Shown here: positions 44,981-55,101 of the stretch, one piece after another
Position numbering within the stretch: the first letter of the stretch is position 1
Layout: every line of letters begins with the position of its first letter
NCBI GenBank assembly: GCA_040389905.1
Contig: JAZJZK010000008.1
Coordinates: 32,001-96,000, forward strand
Reading direction: 5' to 3'
Source of the DNA: Gemmatimonadota bacterium
GTDB lineage: Bacteria; Gemmatimonadota; Gemmatimonadetes; Gemmatimonadales; Gemmatimonadaceae
Length of the DNA: 64,000 bases
Program-made: the position numbers and the translations under genes
The notes under the pieces: model-generated
What the model was told of the DNA's origin: nothing
What the model saw: the letters and a program-made list of their open reading frames with translations, nothing else
Databases searched by the model: none

Positions 44981-46159
44981 ATGAAGCTGAGGCACCAACT
45001 CGCGGCGTTTTCGCCAATTCGCGCGGGTGCGATCGTGACCGGAGCCGTGGCGGCTGCTGGCCTCGCCGGTGACCCGCGGGCGCGGCTGAGTGCGATCCTG
45101 GTCGACAGATTTTCCGCGACCAGTTGCGAGCTGTGTGGAAGCGGAACGCAGGCGCTCCAGCGCGCCATCACGATGATGGCGTCCGACACGCGTGACGGAT
45201 TCATCGCGATGCCGGCGTTCAATTGCTACGACATGGCGTCCGCGGCGATCGGCGCGGGCGTACGCGTGGCGCTCTATGACATCGATCCATTGACCCTCGG
45301 GCCGGACCTTTCATCGTTCGAGCGCGTTCTTGCGGCGGGGGCTGCGGTTGCCGTCGTCGCGCCGCTGTACGGTGTGCCGATCGACTGGAACGGCGTCAGC
45401 GCGATCGCTGCGCAATTCGGAATTCCGCTCATCGAGGACGCCGCACAAGGCCACGGGGCCGCCTGGAATGGCGTGCCACTCGGTTCACTCGGTGATGTCA
45501 GCACGCTGAGCTTCGGCCGCGGCAAGGGGTGGACCGGTGGCAATGGGGGGGCAGTACTCGGGCGGATCGGAGGCGCGTCGGAGGCTACGGGCGTCGCGAC
45601 GAGCGGGCTGGCGACCGAGGTCAAGGTTGGCCTTGGGTTGCTCGCGCAGTGGACGCTCGGCCGCCCTGCCATCTATGGCCTTCCACGTTCCGTGCCGGCG
45701 CTCGCACTTGGCGAGACGGTGTATCAATCCCCGCGCGCCCCGGCCGACATCACGCGTGGCGCGGCAGCAAGTGTCATCGCGAACGCGCGTGCAGCGGACG
45801 CGGAGGCCGTGGAACGCCGACGCAATGGGAACGCCTTCCTGACGCGCGTCGCGCGAAGTCGCGCACACACGATCGACGTGCCCACCGGAGGAGTCGCGGG
45901 GTACATCAGGTTCCCGATCCGCATCGCCGGCGGCCTCGGCGCGCTGCCCGGCGCGAACCGGGCCGCGGAATTGGGGATCGCCGCGAGCTACCCGCAAACA
46001 CTCGCTACGCTCGCGCCCTTTCAGGGTTCGCTCGTGCCTATCGAGCGGCGCTGGCCGGGCGCTGACAGTCTCGTCGTCGAGCTCATCACGCTTCCCACGC
46101 ACTCGCTCGTATCGACGCACGAGCGCGAAGCGATCGTTCGCGCGGTCAGGAGCGTTTAG
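44981..46159 (+). CDS. DegT/DnrJ/EryC1/StrS-like PLP aminotransferase
   Basis: SGTQAL, IEDAAQGHG, SFGRGKG, ITLPTH. Confidence 0.82.
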   Translation: MKLRHQLAAFSPIRAGAIVTGAVAAAGLAGDPRARLSAILVDRFSATSCELCGSGTQALQRAITMMASDTRDGFIAMPAFNCYDMASAAIGAGVRVALYDIDPLTLGPDLSSFERVLAAGAAVAVVAPLYGVPIDWNGVSAIAAQFGIPLIEDAAQGHGAAWNGVPLGSLGDVSTLSFGRGKGWTGGNGGAVLGRIGGASEATGVATSGLATEVKVGLGLLAQWTLGRPAIYGLPRSVPALALGETVYQSPRAPADITRGAAASVIANARAADAEAVERRRNGNAFLTRVARSRAHTIDVPTGGVAGYIRFPIRIAGGLGALPGANRAAELGIAASYPQTLATLAPFQGSLVPIERRWPGADSLVVELITLPTHSLVSTHEREAIVRAVRSV

Positions 46160-47322
46160 CGGACGACCGAACGATAGACGTCTGCGTACTGTTCCTCGAC
46201 CACCGCAACGTCGTGTTGCCGCACGATCGTGTTCCGCAGCGTTTCGCCGAACCGGACTCGCTTCGCAGAATCCGCGACGAGCGTTTCCAGGCCAGACACG
46301 AGGGCGTCCCTGTCTCCCATCTTCACCAGGATTCCGTTTTCTCCGGTTCGGATGAGGTCCGCGATGCCGCCGGAATCGGTGCACACAACGGCGCGGCCGA
46401 GGAGGCCCGCTTCGAGGAGCGACATCGGTAACCCTTCGCCCGGACCGGAGGGCATGCAGAAGATGTCCATCTCCTGGACCCAATCGAGCACCCGTTCCTG
46501 GTGGGGCACGAGCATCGGATCGGTGCCTGGAATCTGGCGTCTCCACTGCGACGCGAGGTCGTCGCGCAGAGGCCCATCGCCAAGGATGACGAGGACGCAG
46601 TGGATACCGCGGCGCGCCAGCTCGGCGTAGGCGTCGATGAGAAGTGTGTGATTCTTCATCGGGACAAGGCGCCCCGCTGACCCGATGACGACCGGACGCG
46701 GCTCCGCGGCGCCGGCACCGAATTCCGCGGGCATCACGTTCGCGAGAAATGTCGTCAGCGGTTTGTCGCCGGTGAGCGCGAGCTCCGTTTCTATCCCGTT
46801 CGGGATCGTGCGAATCGCGATGCGGGGTGATGCGCGATTGAGATACCGCTCCATCGCGTCGGAGACGGCAACGACTGCATCGGCGCGCGTGAGCATCCAC
46901 ACGTCAAGATGCTCGTAGAGCTTCTCCTTGAGCGATGGCGCTGTGAGCGAGTAGCCGTGGGCGGTGACGACCAGCGGCACGTCATGCATGCCGAGTAGTC
47001 GAGTGATCTGGTGAAACACTGTGGGCTTGTATCCGTGCGAATGCACGACATCCGGGCGAAGCGTCGCGATGAGCTGGGCGTACGCGCGAAGCGACGAGAT
47101 CGATATGCCCCGCGTCGTCGAGAGACGCATCACCGGCGCGCTCGTGCGGCGGACGCGGGCGCCGAGTTCGCTCTCGTCCTGCCCAACGTCGACGAAATCG
47201 ATGAGTGTCGGAGCAACGACGCCGCGTACGGCTTGCCGGCCCATGAGGTCGAGCACCACGCGCTCCGCGCCATAGAAGCCACCGCTGTGTATGGTGTGCA
47301 CAGCGCGGAGTGGAGTCGTCAT
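46156..47322 (-). CDS. Glycosyltransferase family 4
   Basis: YGAERVV, VVHSHGYK, IPNGI, AGRLVPMKN, EGLPMSLLEA. Confidence 0.9.
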   Translation of the reverse strand: MTTPLRAVHTIHSGGFYGAERVVLDLMGRQAVRGVVAPTLIDFVDVGQDESELGARVRRTSAPVMRLSTTRGISISSLRAYAQLIATLRPDVVHSHGYKPTVFHQITRLLGMHDVPLVVTAHGYSLTAPSLKEKLYEHLDVWMLTRADAVVAVSDAMERYLNRASPRIAIRTIPNGIETELALTGDKPLTTFLANVMPAEFGAGAAEPRPVVIGSAGRLVPMKNHTLLIDAYAELARRGIHCVLVILGDGPLRDDLASQWRRQIPGTDPMLVPHQERVLDWVQEMDIFCMPSGPGEGLPMSLLEAGLLGRAVVCTDSGGIADLIRTGENGILVKMGDRDALVSGLETLVADSAKRVRFGETLRNTIVRQHDVAVVEEQYADVYRSVVR

Positions 47323-47344
47323 GGCCGTGCGAGTCTCGAACCCG

Positions 47345-48160
47345 TCAGCCGACGACACGCTTTCGCGACAGCGTGAGGTAGCCTTCACCGAGCGCGCCGA
47401 GCCACGAGCGGGAGAGCCCTTCCATGCGCTGTCCAATGCTGGTGCTCACTCCGGGCAAGAGCTTGTCGAATGGACGGGGAAGTGGCAGGAAGAAGAAGTA
47501 CAGGGAGTCGTCGAGCGCGAATCCGGCCTGCGCGAGCGCATCGCGTAACGCACCCGGCCGGTGTCGTCGCACGTGAAAATGGCGCGGCAGGACGGGAGGA
47601 TGTCCCAGACGCATCCATACGGCATTGAAGGCGCGCAGAAACGACGGGCGCCGCTTGAGGTACTCGACCGCAAAGTCGAGGTAATCGACCGGGGAGAGCA
47701 GGTTGGTGACGGGGTAGAGCAGGTGGCCACCGGGCCGAAGGACGCGGTGCATTTCCTGAAGCACGAGCCGGTCACTCTCGAGATACTCGACCACGCCGGC
47801 CGTGCACACGAGATCGAATGACTCCGCTGCGAATGGCAGGGACTCGATGCTCCCGAGTTCGAGTGCGAAGGTGCGCTCCGGCGCGGTCACGCGAAGGCGT
47901 TCCTTGCTCATTCGGAGCATCTCGGGCGCCGCGTCGAGTCCGGAGACATCGAATCCGCGCTGGGCAAGCGCCGACAGCATGTACCCAGGCCCACATCCCG
48001 CGTCGAGAACCTTCGCACCTGCCGGAAGACGGAGGCCGTCCACGAACTCGAGCATGCGGCGCTGTCGGACCGTCATGAACGTGCGCGCACCAGGCGAATA
48101 GTGCTTCGCATCGTAGTCGGCGACGTTCTCGTCGAAAAACTGCGCGACGCGATTGCTCAC
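47345..48160 (-). CDS. Class I SAM-dependent methyltransferase
   Basis: VLDAGCGPG, LPFAAESFDLV, RVLRPGG. Confidence 0.9.
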   Translation of the reverse strand: MSNRVAQFFDENVADYDAKHYSPGARTFMTVRQRRMLEFVDGLRLPAGAKVLDAGCGPGYMLSALAQRGFDVSGLDAAPEMLRMSKERLRVTAPERTFALELGSIESLPFAAESFDLVCTAGVVEYLESDRLVLQEMHRVLRPGGHLLYPVTNLLSPVDYLDFAVEYLKRRPSFLRAFNAVWMRLGHPPVLPRHFHVRRHRPGALRDALAQAGFALDDSLYFFFLPLPRPFDKLLPGVSTSIGQRMEGLSRSWLGALGEGYLTLSRKRVVG

Positions 48161-49440
48161 GCTGAACGCGCTCCGCTCGTGAGGAGCGTTCGATAGTGGG
48201 CGAGCATGTCCACGCCAATGACTTCCCAGTCGTACACGCGTTCGGCAGTGCGGCGTGCGGACCGGCCGATCCGCTGGCGTAACTCGGCGCCAGCGAGCAG
48301 TTCGATGACCGCCTGCGCGAAATCCGCTGGAGTATCGCGAATCACGATGTTGTCGCCGTCACGGGCATCGAGTCCCTCGCATCCAACCGTGGTGCTGACC
48401 AGTGCCTTTCCCATCGCCCAGGCATCGAGGATCTTGAGGCGCGTTCCGCCACCGGCGCGAAGCGGTGCAATGTAGCAGGCCGCCTGATGGACGAAGGGAC
48501 GAATGTCGTCCACGTACCCGGTGAGGCGCACACTGTATCGCTCGAGATACTCCCGCTTCGCCTCTTCACTCGCGCTCCCGACCCAGGTGACCGGCGGGTT
48601 GACGCCGCGTTGGCGAATGATGGGCAGGATTTCCTCGCAAAAATACGCCATCGCGTCGCGGTTCGGTTGCCAGGAATGGCCGCCGACGAACACGAGGCCA
48701 CCACTCTCGCCGGCATCGCTCCCCGGCGTGAACGCTTGCGTATCGACGCCATTTGGAATGACGACGACCCGACTACTGGGCGCGAGCCGGCGGATTGCTT
48801 CGGCGTCATCGCGCGAAACGGCGATGTTCAGGTCGATGCTCGGGATGAAGCGTTTTTCCTCGTTTTCGGTGAGGTGTGCTTGATAGGTGAGGTACGCGCG
48901 TGCCGGTGCCCGAAACGTTTGAGCCCGGCTTCGCAACAGCGCAGACTCCACGTTGTGATGCACGCAGACGACGGGCAGATCGCGTAGCAGTGGCACGTAG
49001 CCCGCGAGGTCGAGGCTGTCCATGTGCACGAGATCGAATCGTTTCTCAGCGAGAAGCTGCACGAGTCGACTGCGGAAGGGCGCGGAATCGTATGCCGTCA
49101 CCGTGTAGGCGCGCCCCGAGAGGACGCTGCGCAGGTGATCCATGAGCAGGCGCCGCTTGCTGTGCTCTTGCGGGATCGGGAACTCCTGAATGTCGCCAAG
49201 CCGTCCAAGCTCGCGAACGCTCTTGGCGACGCGCTCGGCCGTAGGGAGGAGCCCGGTGCGGTAGAAGCACAGTGCCGTAACGTCGAAGTCGCGTGCGAGC
49301 AGGCGCAGTACGTTGTAGGTGCGGATCTGAACGCCGCCATCCGGCGGATACGGCAATGTCTGGCAGAGGAAGAGCAACCGCGGACGCGCTACCGCAGAAT
49401 CCGCTGCTACGTGCGAGTCGACGCGTTCAGGAGCGCTCAT
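48157..49440 (-). CDS. Glycosyltransferase family 4 (PEP-CTERM-associated sugar transferase type)
   Basis: LPYPPDGG, HNVES, IPNGVD, PLRAGGGTRLKILDAWAMG. Confidence 0.9.
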   Translation of the reverse strand: MSAPERVDSHVAADSAVARPRLLFLCQTLPYPPDGGVQIRTYNVLRLLARDFDVTALCFYRTGLLPTAERVAKSVRELGRLGDIQEFPIPQEHSKRRLLMDHLRSVLSGRAYTVTAYDSAPFRSRLVQLLAEKRFDLVHMDSLDLAGYVPLLRDLPVVCVHHNVESALLRSRAQTFRAPARAYLTYQAHLTENEEKRFIPSIDLNIAVSRDDAEAIRRLAPSSRVVVIPNGVDTQAFTPGSDAGESGGLVFVGGHSWQPNRDAMAYFCEEILPIIRQRGVNPPVTWVGSASEEAKREYLERYSVRLTGYVDDIRPFVHQAACYIAPLRAGGGTRLKILDAWAMGKALVSTTVGCEGLDARDGDNIVIRDTPADFAQAVIELLAGAELRQRIGRSARRTAERVYDWEVIGVDMLAHYRTLLTSGARSA

Positions 49441-49736
49441 GATGACGACAATATGGGAGATTGTGCTGCGTTGCGCCGTGCTGTGCCGTGCGAAGGGGAG
49501 TCGGCGGCTTCCGCTCGGGAGATGACCGTTGTGCGATGTCTCACAGATTCGGCGCCTGTTCGTGTGAAACTGACGGTGATTTTCACTGCGACGACGGCAC
49601 CTTTCTGGCGCTTGATCGTCTAATAGAGAGCGTGGACGACACTACAAAGAAATCCTAGCGGGAGCACCTGCTTTTGGACTTGCACCACCTCGACAAGGGC
49701 AGAATATTGCCCCTCTGTTTTGCCCCCTCCCTGAAC

Positions 49737-52073
49737 ATGCGACCAGCCGGCCGATTGATGACCTGTACCATCCTGGCTCTGCTCGCGGGTTCGCTGTCCT
49801 GTGCAGACGCAGCACCAAGCGGATCCCAACCGACGGTCGAAAGCGTGACAATTTCTGCCGATGCCACGACGCTTGTGGTAGGGCAGAGCGCCCAGGCGCG
49901 CGCGGTCGCGCGCGATGCCGGGGGGAATTCACTTGTTGACCAGACGATCTCGTGGAAGTCGAGCGATGCGTCGATCGTCTCGGTGTCGTCTGGTGGTATG
50001 CTCACGGGCACGGCTCCAGGCGATGCCGTCATCACGGCGACCGCGGCGTCACGCGCCGCGACCCTGCCGCTGACCGTTCGACCCAAGCCGGTTATCCGCG
50101 TCAGCGTTACGCTCGCGGCGTCCTCGATCACCGTTGGTCAAACGACGACCGCCGTGGCGGCTGCGCTCGACGCTGACAACGCCGTCCTGGGCAACCGGGT
50201 CATTATCTGGGATTCGAGCAACAATGCCATCGCGCGCGTCTCGACCAGCGGTGTCGTCACGGGAGTGTCGACAGGCACCGTCACCATCTCCGCGCTGAGC
50301 GAAGGGGTTCGCGGTAGCGCGACACTCGTGGTGGTCGCACTCCCGGTCGCGACGAGTCTCAGTCTGACGACCGCGGCTCCAGCGTCCGTGGTGGACGGTG
50401 TGCCCTTCACGCAACAGCCGATCGTTCGACTCATGGGCAGCAACGGGAGCCCCGTGAACCTCGCCGGCGTGAACGTGACGGCCGCTATTGCCTCGGGCGG
50501 CGGCACGTTGAACGGAACGACGACGGTGACCACGGACGCCAGTGGTGTCGCGCGCTTCACCGACCTGTCGATCTCCGGTGCCGTGGGCACCCGGACGCTC
50601 GTGTTCACCGCTCCGTCGCTCACGGCGGCGACCACGGGCTCGATCAGCGTCACGCAGAACCCGCTCACTCGCCTGATGGTCGTGACGCAACCATCATACA
50701 CGACGGCGAGCGGCGTTCCGTTTCCGCAGCAGCCGGCGATTCAGTTGCGCGACGAATCAGGCGGCGCACTCAATCAGGCCGGCGTGGTCATTTCGGCGAG
50801 TCTCGCGTCCACGAATGCCGTGCTCGGAGGGACGACGACGGCGACCACCAACAGCAGTGGAATCGCGTCGTTCACGAACCTGAAAATCAGCGGCACCATC
50901 GGCATGCGCGTGTTGAGCTTTTCCGCGCCCAATTTCGGCACGACCAATTCCTCGGTCGTGGGCATCACCGCCGGTGCGGCGGCGAAACTCGCCGTCAGCG
51001 TGCAGCCGTCGAGTGCGGCCGCGAGCGGCGACGCGTTGACCGTGCAACCCGTGGTGGCGCTGACGGATGAGTGGGGAAATCCCGTGTTCCAGGCGGGACT
51101 GCCCGTGACCGTGGCGCTCGCATCGGGTACCGGCACCCTTTCCGGTGCAGCGAGCGCAATGACGAATGCGAGCGGTGCGGCGTTCTTTTCGGGGCTGACG
51201 CTCACGGGAAGCGGCGTACATACGCTGAAGTTCTCATCGGGCGCGCTGACGCTTGCGACTTCAGCAGGCATTGCCCTCGTCTCGCCGATCAAGAATATCA
51301 ACTTCGACGGATACACGAGCACCGCGCAGATGATCGCGGATTGCGTCACGTTTCGGTGTTCGGAGCAGAACCTGACGGACAGTGCAGGCGTGAAGGGCTT
51401 CGTGGCGGGGGAGATCTCGCTCGACCAGTCGACGGGTCCGCCGGGCAACACGAAGTCGATGCGCTATCACTACCTACATCCCGGTGATGGCTGCAACTCG
51501 ATTACGCTCCGCCGCAGCGTCCTGCTCAAGCCCGTCGTGCAAGAGGTGTGGGGGGAGTTCAGGGTCAAGTGGAGCTCGAACTTTACCGTGTCGAACAAGC
51601 TCTGCTCGCCCAACGGCCACAAGTTCATCTTTGGCGACACGGAGTCCGACTTCAACTATCGGTGGGCGTTCTACGTCGGGGCAGATGAACCTGGCCAACA
51701 CGCGCTGCGGGAGGAGCTACCATCGCGGCCCGGTATTCCGGGGGGTAACTACTGGCTAAACCGAAACCCTCGCGGCACGCCCGGCGAGACGCGTCCGGAG
51801 CAGCTCTGGGACGGCAACTGGCATACGATTCGGCTTCACATGCGCGCGTCCTCGACGCCAACGAGCGCGGATGGCCGCTGGCAGATCTGGGTTGATGGTA
51901 AGCTGCTGCACGATGATGGCGGTTTCAGCACGTACCGAAACGACGGTACGAATGCGCCGGATATGATCGAGGGCTTTTCCTTCGCGCATAACAAGGATGA
52001 CGGACCACCGGGCATCGATATGTACGTCTGGTGGGGAACGATCCGAGTATTTACGGGGAATCCTGGATGGTGA
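49737..52073 (+). CDS. Lipoprotein with tandem Ig-like domains and a C-terminal beta-sandwich (polysaccharide-lyase-like) domain
   Basis: Lipobox SLSC, Big_2-like WKSSDASIVSV and WDSSNNAIARV, three QQP/VQP-type Ig repeats, aromatic-rich C-domain (WHTIRLHM, DGRWQIWVDG). Confidence 0.75.
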   Translation: MRPAGRLMTCTILALLAGSLSCADAAPSGSQPTVESVTISADATTLVVGQSAQARAVARDAGGNSLVDQTISWKSSDASIVSVSSGGMLTGTAPGDAVITATAASRAATLPLTVRPKPVIRVSVTLAASSITVGQTTTAVAAALDADNAVLGNRVIIWDSSNNAIARVSTSGVVTGVSTGTVTISALSEGVRGSATLVVVALPVATSLSLTTAAPASVVDGVPFTQQPIVRLMGSNGSPVNLAGVNVTAAIASGGGTLNGTTTVTTDASGVARFTDLSISGAVGTRTLVFTAPSLTAATTGSISVTQNPLTRLMVVTQPSYTTASGVPFPQQPAIQLRDESGGALNQAGVVISASLASTNAVLGGTTTATTNSSGIASFTNLKISGTIGMRVLSFSAPNFGTTNSSVVGITAGAAAKLAVSVQPSSAAASGDALTVQPVVALTDEWGNPVFQAGLPVTVALASGTGTLSGAASAMTNASGAAFFSGLTLTGSGVHTLKFSSGALTLATSAGIALVSPIKNINFDGYTSTAQMIADCVTFRCSEQNLTDSAGVKGFVAGEISLDQSTGPPGNTKSMRYHYLHPGDGCNSITLRRSVLLKPVVQEVWGEFRVKWSSNFTVSNKLCSPNGHKFIFGDTESDFNYRWAFYVGADEPGQHALREELPSRPGIPGGNYWLNRNPRGTPGETRPEQLWDGNWHTIRLHMRASSTPTSADGRWQIWVDGKLLHDDGGFSTYRNDGTNAPDMIEGFSFAHNKDDGPPGIDMYVWWGTIRVFTGNPGW

Positions 52074-53257
52074 GATCAGCAGCGGACGACGCAGCCCGCT
52101 TGGTATCCAGGAGCAAGGAGGGTAAGCAGCCAAACCTGCTTTTGATCTTTCCAGGGCCGGTCCACGATATCGCGGACCACTTCAAGGACCGACTCGAGCG
52201 GCTCTCTGCGCATTACGGCGGAGTTCTGCTCGTATCCGCGAACGACGATCAACGGTTGACGCTTGGCAACTTCGATGTGATCGCTGTTCGCGAACGCAAG
52301 ACCGAGAAGCTCGGGTCGTTTCTCGTGCTGCTTGCACGCGCTCGTGCAGCTGCGCACGAGCGTGCCCTTCGCGGTGAAGGCTTCGACGCCGTGGTCTCCT
52401 ACGACCCCCTTCGCAGTGGGCTCATCGGGTGGCTCGTTGCGCGCGAATACGGTGTGCCGTTGATGACCGAGATCAACGGCGACTACGCAGCCGCAGAGAA
52501 CTACGCCGATATCCCCAACGCCCTCATGCGGCGCGTCAAGCAGACAATCTTCGTGCAATTGGCACGATTCGTCCTGCGGCGCGCGAAGGGAATCAAGCTG
52601 CTCAACGACAGCCAGATCACACCATTCCGAACCGTCCTGCGTGATCCTGTCATCCGAACATTCCCCAACTACGTCGACCTGGTCCCGTACAAGAACCTCG
52701 GTGATTCGCCGGAAGTCCTGTTCATCGGCCACCCATTCCACCGGAAGGGCGTCGACATCCTGATCCGGGCGTTCAAGCTCGTGAGTGATGACTATCCCGA
52801 TTGGCGACTCACGATCATCGGATGGTTTCCTGATCCAACGTTGCTCAGCGCCGCGATTGCCGGGCATCCGCGAATCGAGGCGCGCCCCCCGGTGTTCCAC
52901 CGCGATATCCCCATGTATCTCGGACGCTGCGGGATCTTCGTCCTGCCGTCTCGGTCAGAGGCGATGGGTCGCGTGCTCATCGAGGCCATGGCGTGTGGCA
53001 AAGCACGCATTGGCTCGAACGTAGGCGGAATACCGACGGTGATCGATCACGCGGTGGACGGTCTTCTGGTTCGTCCTGGCGATGTCGAGGACCTCGCCGG
53101 TGCGCTTCGGTGTCTGATGCACGACGAAGCGCTCCGGCTGCGGCTTGGCCGCAACGGCGAGTTGCGGGCCCGCGAGCGGCTTTCACCCGCAGTCTATTTC
53201 GATCGGGTTCGGGACCTGTATGACACGGTGCTCGAGCGGTCGCGGGTGGCGCACTAA
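52067..53257 (+). CDS. Glycosyltransferase family 4
   Basis: RKGVDILI, FVLPSRSEAMGRVLIEAMACG, SNVGGIP. Confidence 0.9.
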   Translation: MVRSAADDAARLVSRSKEGKQPNLLLIFPGPVHDIADHFKDRLERLSAHYGGVLLVSANDDQRLTLGNFDVIAVRERKTEKLGSFLVLLARARAAAHERALRGEGFDAVVSYDPLRSGLIGWLVAREYGVPLMTEINGDYAAAENYADIPNALMRRVKQTIFVQLARFVLRRAKGIKLLNDSQITPFRTVLRDPVIRTFPNYVDLVPYKNLGDSPEVLFIGHPFHRKGVDILIRAFKLVSDDYPDWRLTIIGWFPDPTLLSAAIAGHPRIEARPPVFHRDIPMYLGRCGIFVLPSRSEAMGRVLIEAMACGKARIGSNVGGIPTVIDHAVDGLLVRPGDVEDLAGALRCLMHDEALRLRLGRNGELRARERLSPAVYFDRVRDLYDTVLERSRVAH

Positions 53258-53265
53258 CGCGGCAT

Positions 53266-55083
53266 CTATCCTCGAGTCGAAACCGGCGCAGCAGGGATGT
53301 CCAGCTCGAAGTGCGCGACGAGCTCATTCATCGAGGCCAGCGTCCAGACCGCCTCCAGGTGCTGCGTGGAGTCGAGCGCGCCGATAATCGACTCACCGAG
53401 CAGGGCGTCCATCGGATTCGAACCAGACTGCATCGCCGTCACTCTGGCGGCCAGTTCGTTCTGCACCCAGCGCTCCGTCGGCGTGGGAAAGCCGAGTTTG
53501 GGTGCGTAGACGAGGTCTTCAGGGAAGAAGCGACCCGCCAGCGTCTTGAGCACGGGCTTCGCGCCGCGCTCATCCGACTTGTGCTCGGAGGGAAGTTCGA
53601 GGCCCAACTCGAACAACTCCGTCGAGAGAAATGGTGTCAGGACATCGATTCCTCGGGGCGCGAAGAGACGATCCACGCACTCCATGTGACACACGACGTC
53701 CGTTGCCAGAGCAAACGCCTGGTATCGCTCGGAGATTGCTATCTCGTCGCGGAGGAAAAAGTCTTTGACCACCGCGTTCGGCTCATCATCTACGCCCAAG
53801 TCGCGCAACCGGTCGACGAGGAAATCCGGTAAGGAAAGCTCACCCATCTTGCGGATCAACTCCGACGGCTCGACATCCACGAGTCGGCGAAGATTTCGTA
53901 CCCGTTCGGTCTGGGGGAGAAGCGCGGTGACGCTGTTCACCGCTCCGCTGACGCGCCGCAACCGGCTCCACTTTCGCTCGAAGCGCTGGACGTACAGACT
54001 ACCGAATGGCCCGAACATCGTGTCTGCCGCCTCGCCGTAGACGACCGCATCGAACCCTGAAAGTTCGGGAAGCAACGCGGCGAGGGTGAGCGCATGAAAA
54101 TTCCGCGACGGTTGCTCCAGTCGGGAAAGGACATACGGAAAAAGGGTACTCACCATCGCCTGATCCAATTCAATGACGCGATGCTCCAGCCCGATCAACC
54201 GTGCAAAGGCACGAGCGCGCGGGAGTTCGGGATCGTCAAAATCGCGCCACGTCGGCGTGACCAGCACAGCGTCCTTGGCGTACTGCGACACATAGTGGCC
54301 AATCAGCGACGAGTCCGTGCCGCCGCTGAGGAGCACGGCCGTCCTCGCCCGAGGGCCAATCATGCGGCGACAATAGGCGTGGAGCGCTTCGTCCGCCCGG
54401 TCCGCCCAGTCGGAAAGCGAGGCGGCGGGCGCCGCCGGATGGAATTCAGGGCGCCAATAGCGGCGCGGTCGTGGCCGGGCATCGGACGCCGTAAGGACCG
54501 TGTAGCTGGCGGTCAACACCTGCTCGATACCCTCGAAGAGCGTGCGATCGCCAACGATCCACCGGTAGTGCATCGATTCGCCAAAACCCGCCAGGTCGAG
54601 CTTCCGGAGTGCAACGAGCGGCAAGAGTGACCTGCACTCCGACGCCCAGGCCCAGCCGTCCCGCGTTTGCGCCACAAACAGCGGACGACTCCCGAACTTG
54701 TCACGCACGAGATAGATGCGTTGCGCTGCGTGGTCGATCAGGGTCAGGGAAAAGGCGCCCTCGAGCCGCGCGAACAACGCCTCGCCCTCGTGCGCAAACA
54801 GGAGGGAAAGTGCCTGCGCGACTGGCATCGCATCGATCGCTACGCGTGACTGCTCCGCGATCGCCGCGATATTTTCCACGCGACCGTCCAGGTATACGCT
54901 GACCGAAGTCGTCTCCGCAAACTGCTGCTCCGCCGCGCCGCGAAACGCCACGCGCACGCCGGGGGCCACGTACTCGCGTTCGGGCGCCGCGGAACGCTCG
55001 CGAAGCAAATCACGCGACTCGTCCCACCGGTCCGGAACAATGGCCTCCGGGAGTGCGGCGAGGAATCCGACAATTGCGGCCAT
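53266..55083 (-). CDS. Asparagine synthase-like amidotransferase lacking the N-terminal catalytic Cys
   Basis: LEGAFS, RDKFGSRPLF, WASE, PP-loop LSGGTDS, GEAADTMFG, PFL, KLGFPTP. Begins MAAIVG rather than MCGI. Confidence 0.85.
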   Translation of the reverse strand: MAAIVGFLAALPEAIVPDRWDESRDLLRERSAAPEREYVAPGVRVAFRGAAEQQFAETTSVSVYLDGRVENIAAIAEQSRVAIDAMPVAQALSLLFAHEGEALFARLEGAFSLTLIDHAAQRIYLVRDKFGSRPLFVAQTRDGWAWASECRSLLPLVALRKLDLAGFGESMHYRWIVGDRTLFEGIEQVLTASYTVLTASDARPRPRRYWRPEFHPAAPAASLSDWADRADEALHAYCRRMIGPRARTAVLLSGGTDSSLIGHYVSQYAKDAVLVTPTWRDFDDPELPRARAFARLIGLEHRVIELDQAMVSTLFPYVLSRLEQPSRNFHALTLAALLPELSGFDAVVYGEAADTMFGPFGSLYVQRFERKWSRLRRVSGAVNSVTALLPQTERVRNLRRLVDVEPSELIRKMGELSLPDFLVDRLRDLGVDDEPNAVVKDFFLRDEIAISERYQAFALATDVVCHMECVDRLFAPRGIDVLTPFLSTELFELGLELPSEHKSDERGAKPVLKTLAGRFFPEDLVYAPKLGFPTPTERWVQNELAARVTAMQSGSNPMDALLGESIIGALDSTQHLEAVWTLASMNELVAHFELDIPAAPVSTRG

Positions 55084-55101
55084 TGCCTTGGAGCGGGAGG
55101 A

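Noticed and set aside
53266..55083. Lasso peptide cyclase
   Set aside because: Lacks Cys1 like lasso cyclases, but I found no adjacent leader peptidase, RRE or precursor. The context is polysaccharide biosynthesis.
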